The notes below the pieces were generated by a model that searched no databases, was not told the origin of the DNA, and worked only from the letters and a program-made list of their open reading frames with translations. DNA of 64,000 nucleotides from Octopus vulgaris. Taxonomy: Eukaryota. A program made the position numbers and the translations under genes. Location of the stretch: assembly GCA_951406725.2 (NCBI GenBank), contig OX597818.1, positions 30,380,001 to 30,444,000 on the forward strand, in the 5' to 3' direction. Every line of letters begins with the position of its first letter. The first letter of the stretch is position 1. Shown here in pieces: positions 59,260 through 64,000 of this stretch.

Positions 59260-59870
59260 TCATCATCATCACTTAATGTCTACTTTCCATGATAGCATGG
59301 GTTGGACAATTTGACTGAAGACTGGCAAACCAGATGGCTGCACCAGGCTCCAATCAGATCTGGCAGAGTCTCTACAGCTGGATGCCCTTCTGAGAGTGTA
59401 GTGGGTCTTTTTACGTGCCACTTGCATGAGAGCCAGTCAGGTGGTACTGACAATGGCCATGCTCAAACGGTGATTTTTCTGTGCCACCTGCACAGGAGCC
59501 AGTCCAGCAGCACTGGCAATGACCTTGCTCAAATATTTTTTCATGTGCCAGTAAAGCGACACTGGTAACGATCCCGCTTGACTGGCGCTTTTTCCATGGC
59601 ACCGGCATGGAAGCCAGTCAACTGCTCTGGCAACAATCATGCTCGGATGATGCTCTTAGCACTCCACTAGCACGGATGCCAGTCATCGAATTTAATTTCG
59701 ATTTCACTTGCCTCAACAGGTCATTGCAAGCAGAGTTTAATGTCCAATGAAGGAAACGTATGCATAAGTGTGTTGGTTACACCCCTGGCACAGGCCACGA
59801 GGTTATGGTCTCATTTGGCTTGCCGGGTCTTCTCAAGCACAACATATTTCCAAAGGTCTCGGTCACTATG
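59260..59870 (-). mobile_element. Older RTE-LINE 3' end with diverged structured units
   Basis: (CAT)n tail, CTACAGCTGGATGCCCTTC, several TTTTACGTGCCAC-like units. Confidence 0.75.
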
Positions 59871-60089
59871 AAATGATTAACATAATTCTATATTGCTGCA
59901 ATGAAAAATTTATATTATGTATACTTCTTATATTAGTCAGACTGGTGTCTTCATCTTGATTGCTACTTTCACTATGTTTTGGCTGTTGCACAACCGAGTT
60001 CAACACAAATCACCTGAAAAAAGCTGGAGCACACAACAGCTGAAATATAATGAAAGCAACAGTCAAGATGAGGAAAGAAATCTGGTTAG

Positions 60090-60800
60090 TGTAAACAGTG
60101 TCATTACCAATTCAAATATGCCAGTGGCAAGTTTGAACTCATAAATAAGCCATTCACTGTGTTTTGTCATGGAGAAAATTTCTTGCTGTAGATAAATACA
60201 TCTAAGTCAGTTCACAGTGCCACCTATCTAACAGGCGTAGGAGTGGCTGTGTGGTAAGTAGCTTGCTTACTAACCGCATGGTTCTGGATTCAGTCCCACA
60301 GCATGGCACCTTGGGCAAGTGTCTTCCACTATAGCCCCGGGCCGACCAAAGCCATGTGAGTGTATTTGGTAGACGGAAACTGAAAGAAGCCCGTTGTATG
60401 TATGTGTGTGTATATGTTTGTGTGTCTGTGTTTGTCTCCCCAACATCGCTTGACAACCGATGCTGGTGTGTTTACATCCCTGTAACTTAGTTGTTCAGCA
60501 AAAGAGACTGATAGAATAAGTACTAGGCTTACAAAGAATAAGTCCCGGGGTCAATTTGCTCAACTAAAAGCAGTGCTCCAGCATGGCCATTGTCAAATGA
60601 CTGAAACAAGTAAAAGAGTATCCACATTCTGAAATGTTTGCATCACAGTCTGGATAGGTGACACTGCAAGCTGATTTATGTGTATTTACACCAGTTGTCT
60701 ACAGTGAGAAATTTTCTCCATGACAAAACACGGAATGGCTTGTTTACAAGTTGAAACTTGCCACTGGCATATTCAAACTAGTAGTAACATTACATTTAAC
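60090..60800. mobile_element. MITE with about 100-bp imperfect TIRs and a SINE A (60233-60620, +) inserted in the middle
   Basis: AATATGCCAGTGGCAAGTTT..TGTTTTGTCATGGAGAAAATTTCT mirrored by AGAAATTTTCTCCATGACAAAACA..AAACTTGCCACTGGCATATT. Confidence 0.8.
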
Positions 60801-61279
60801 ACATCACTGCTTAGCCCTCCCGCCTTGTAAACATTATACATAAAAAATTATGAAGAAAGTTTAATTCCTATCAATCCAGTTTAATTCCTAAAACTAACAC
60901 AATAAAAGTAAATACATTTAAAAGTAAATACATGAGATCTCAAAGCAGTCTGTTTTATTTTTTGTGGGGTTTTCCTGTTCTTTTACTAGTCTAAGTTCTG
61001 CAGTATTATTGGGGCCCCATCACTTAAATTGACCCCAGTACTTAGTCCAAGCACTAATTTTAACAATCACTATTTAGTAAATGGCTGAGTTTACCTGAGT
61101 TAGATTTTTTTTTTTTTACACAGAGTTATCTCTCCTTAAAAAGCAAATACCATTAGACTGCGACCATGCTGGGGCACCACTTTGAAGAATTTTTGGTTGA
61201 ATGAATTGATCACAGTACTTATCTTTGTTTTTAACCTGGTACTTAATCTATTAGGCTCTTTTGCCAAAGTGCTTGGAAG

Positions 61280-62092
61280 AAATGAAGCTTTCGCTGGATG
61301 TGCAATGTCAGTGTGCCTGTATGACAGGGTGTAAGCATCTTGACAGAAAAGTTAGGCATAAGAGGCATCAGATGTGGTGTACAAGAGAGACGATGCTGCA
61401 GGTATAGACACATGATGTGTATGGACGAGGAGAGCTGTGTAAAGAAGTGCCAATCTCTAACTGTGCAGGGAACCTGTAGTAGAGGTAGACCCAGGAAGAC
61501 ATAGGACGAGATGATGAAGCATGGTCTTTGAACATTGAGCCTCACAGAGGCAATGACTAGTGACCAAGACTTTTGGTAATATGCCATGCTTGAGAAGACC
61601 CACCAAGCCAAGAGAAATCAGAATCATGGCTGATGCTGGTATCATGTGACTGACACTCATGCTGGTGGTACATAAAAAGCACCATTTAAGTGTTGGGCCT
61701 CATAGAGGCAATGTGGCCGATGCTGGTGTCACTTAACTAGCACCCATGCTGATGGCACGTAAAAAGCACCTTTCAAGCACTGGGCCTCACAGAGGCAATG
61801 ACAAATGACTGAGGCCCTTGGTGATACGCTGTGCTTGAGAAGACCCATCAAGCCAAGAGAAATCATAGTCATAACAGATACTGGTTTCATGCAACTGGCA
61901 CCCATGCCAGTGGCACATAAAGCAGCCGTTACACGCTCAGAGTGGTTGGTGTTAGGAATGGCAGCTAGCCGTAGAAACTATGCCAAATCAGACTGGAGTA
62001 TGCAACCCCTAACCTAACCAGCCCTGGTCAAATAGTCCAACTCATGCCAGCATGGACAATGAACGTTAAATGATTATGATGATGATGATGAT
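61280..62092 (+). mobile_element. RTE-clade LINE 3' part: ORF end, 3' UTR with tandem units, (GAT)n tail
   Basis: RWMCNVSV..EKLGIRGIRCGVQERR..KKCQSLTVQGTCSRGRPRKT, followed by GG(T/C)AC(A/G)TAAA(A)AGCA units and the GAT tail; links the units to RTE. Confidence 0.85.
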
Positions 62093-62329
62093 CTGCACAC
62101 ACATAAATATATTCATACATGTATATGTATCAACTTAGAATGGAAGAATTGGTGAGTCATGTAAAAAAAAAATATATTTCATTCTTCCTCAGTTCTGTCC
62201 CTTTAAACTAATGCTGACTTTACTCTTTATTTTACAAGACTGAAAAAATAAATACCAGGCATTGTACTAGAGGGGTGATGTAATCAGCTAAATCTCTTGA
62301 AGGCTGTACACCAGCATGGCTGCAGTCCC

Positions 62330-62875
62330 TACTTGTATCTTGAATTCATTGCTGTACTCGTTGTCAACTCTCACCTTACTGGTAGCATCCCTGTACATGG
62401 CTTGTACAGCTTTCACCAACCACTCTACTATCTCTAGCTTCTGCATTGACCACCAGATAAGGGATCAGGCACCCTGTCAAATGCTTTCTTCAGGTTAACA
62501 AAGGCCAAGTACACGGGTTTATCTTTGCTATGTATTTCTCCTGCAGCTGCCTTACCAGAAATACAGCATCAGTGGTGCTTCTCCCTGGCGCAAAACCAAA
62601 CTGCATCTCATCTAGACTAACTTTCTGCCTAATTAGTTGGGCTATGACTTTAACCATAACTTTCATCACCTTATCCAACAATTTGATACCTCTGTAATTA
62701 TTTCTGTCAAAGGCATCGCCTTTACTTTTGTAGCATTTACTAAGGTGCTGCTACACCAGTCATTGGGTATGACTCCTTCGTGAACCACCTGATTTACAAT
62801 ACAGGTGACTGAACCACAACCCACACCACTAGATATTTTAAGCATCTCAGTGGTGATTCCTGATGGGCTGGGGAC
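62330..62875 (-). mobile_element. RTE-clade RT fragment
   Basis: NYRGIKLLDKVMKV..LDEMQFGFAPGRSTTDAVFLVRQLQEKY. Confidence 0.85.
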
Positions 62876-64000
62876 TATATCATCATCATTTAATGTCTGC
62901 TTTCCATACTAGCATGGGTTGGACGGTTTGATTGAGGACTTGCAAGCCAGGAGACTGCACCAGGTTCCAATCTGATTCAGCAAGTTTATTACAGCAGGAT
63001 GTGCTTCCTAACACCAACCACTCTGAGAGTGTAGTGGGTGCTTTTTATGTACCACAATAATTTTTTTTTTTTTTCTGAAATACTAAATCTGATGCTTATT
63101 TGCTAATCTATTGTCATGTTATATACTTAGATATTTACAATAATCAGACTGAAGTGATAAGGAAAATAAAATTGTGCAACATTCATTCTTTCCTGAACAG
63201 TATTATAGATATATGTGAAATGACATGTTCTATATCTGACATAACTACCATCAACTACAAATATATGGCACAACTTCATTACATATGTCTTGTTTATTTA
63301 TGTTCCTAGCACAGTCAATTCCACTGCAATACTTATTCCTTTTTCTCCTACCTACCCAACCATTGCAGTCATCAGTAATGTATTGTCAGATGTATATATG
63401 GCCAAAAATAATATCTGAAAACTTTTCTTATACTTTTCTTATGTCTCTGGTGTTGAATTCTGTTGGATCAAAATGTTGAGACCCAGATATTGTTTGATTA
63501 TCAATTGTACCCATTTCACTTTATTTGTCGTATATTGCTAATACCCTTGAGAAAAGTCCAAAAGCCACCTAATCTTATTTTTCTTATTAGATTGTATCAA
63601 ATATCTATGTGCATTATGTCCTTGATATGAAACTACAATCTATTCACTGTGGTTTAGTTTATTCTGATTGAATTTTGGTTGAAATATGAGGTCAATCAAA
63701 TATCTTTTATTTTTGGAACTAGATTTGATAATCAAGTTAAATGGACAACTTTTTACATTGAATTCTATTCTTATATGTGACTATTTCAATAGAAAAAAAT
63801 ATCTATACTAGTTGCTTTTTCATAACCACAAACAGCATGCACTTGTTTAAAGCAAAATATCCTTTACTAGGAAGCCTATGTATTATTCCTTAAAATTCAT
63901 GAAAAGTATTTTTTAACTTAATCTTTTGTTGGAATATCTAAATACAATCTGTTTTGCTTACTGAATCAAAGCTAGAAAATAAAATATATAATATTATATT

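Noticed and set aside
59925-60040. Possible extra LRRC56 exon (LNSVVQQPKHSESSNQDEDTS)
   Set aside because: All frames downstream of the two candidate acceptors hit a stop, and there is no convincing donor
63350-63570. Possible upstream LRRC56 exons
   Set aside because: Weak splice signals and no LRR-like translation

Overview
AT-rich, repeat-dense animal genomic DNA. The SINE, RTE and microsatellite content points to an octopus (coleoid cephalopod); this is my inference from repeat families. Host genes I can support: (1) an intronless PIGG (34055-37000, +); (2) an intronless 495-aa coiled-coil/acidic ORF I do not recognise (30605-32092, +); (3) the last five coding exons of LRRC56 (59029-50181, -), reconstructed by hand with consistent splice phases and largely missed by the ORF track; (4) a clean 148-aa Tc1/mariner-type HTH (DUF4817-like) ORF behind a splice acceptor (6946-7392, -), a candidate domesticated transposase. 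The remainder is mobile DNA: three tRNA-derived SINE families, RTE-clade LINE fragments, a young 5'-truncated CR1-group LINE inside a (TA)n tract, Gypsy, CRE and Penelope remnants, Helitrons, and hAT, piggyBac, Merlin-like and pogo elements. The least explained signals are RNA-structural: tandem 62-68 nt hairpin-plus-pseudoknot units with covariation in the RTE 3' UTR, a 3' tail shared between the CR1-group LINE and the main SINE with a compensated stem-loop, and a minimal hammerhead ribozyme. No CRISPR, rRNA or true tRNA genes are supported. Boundaries of degenerate repeats are approximate, and all family assignments are from recall without database searches.
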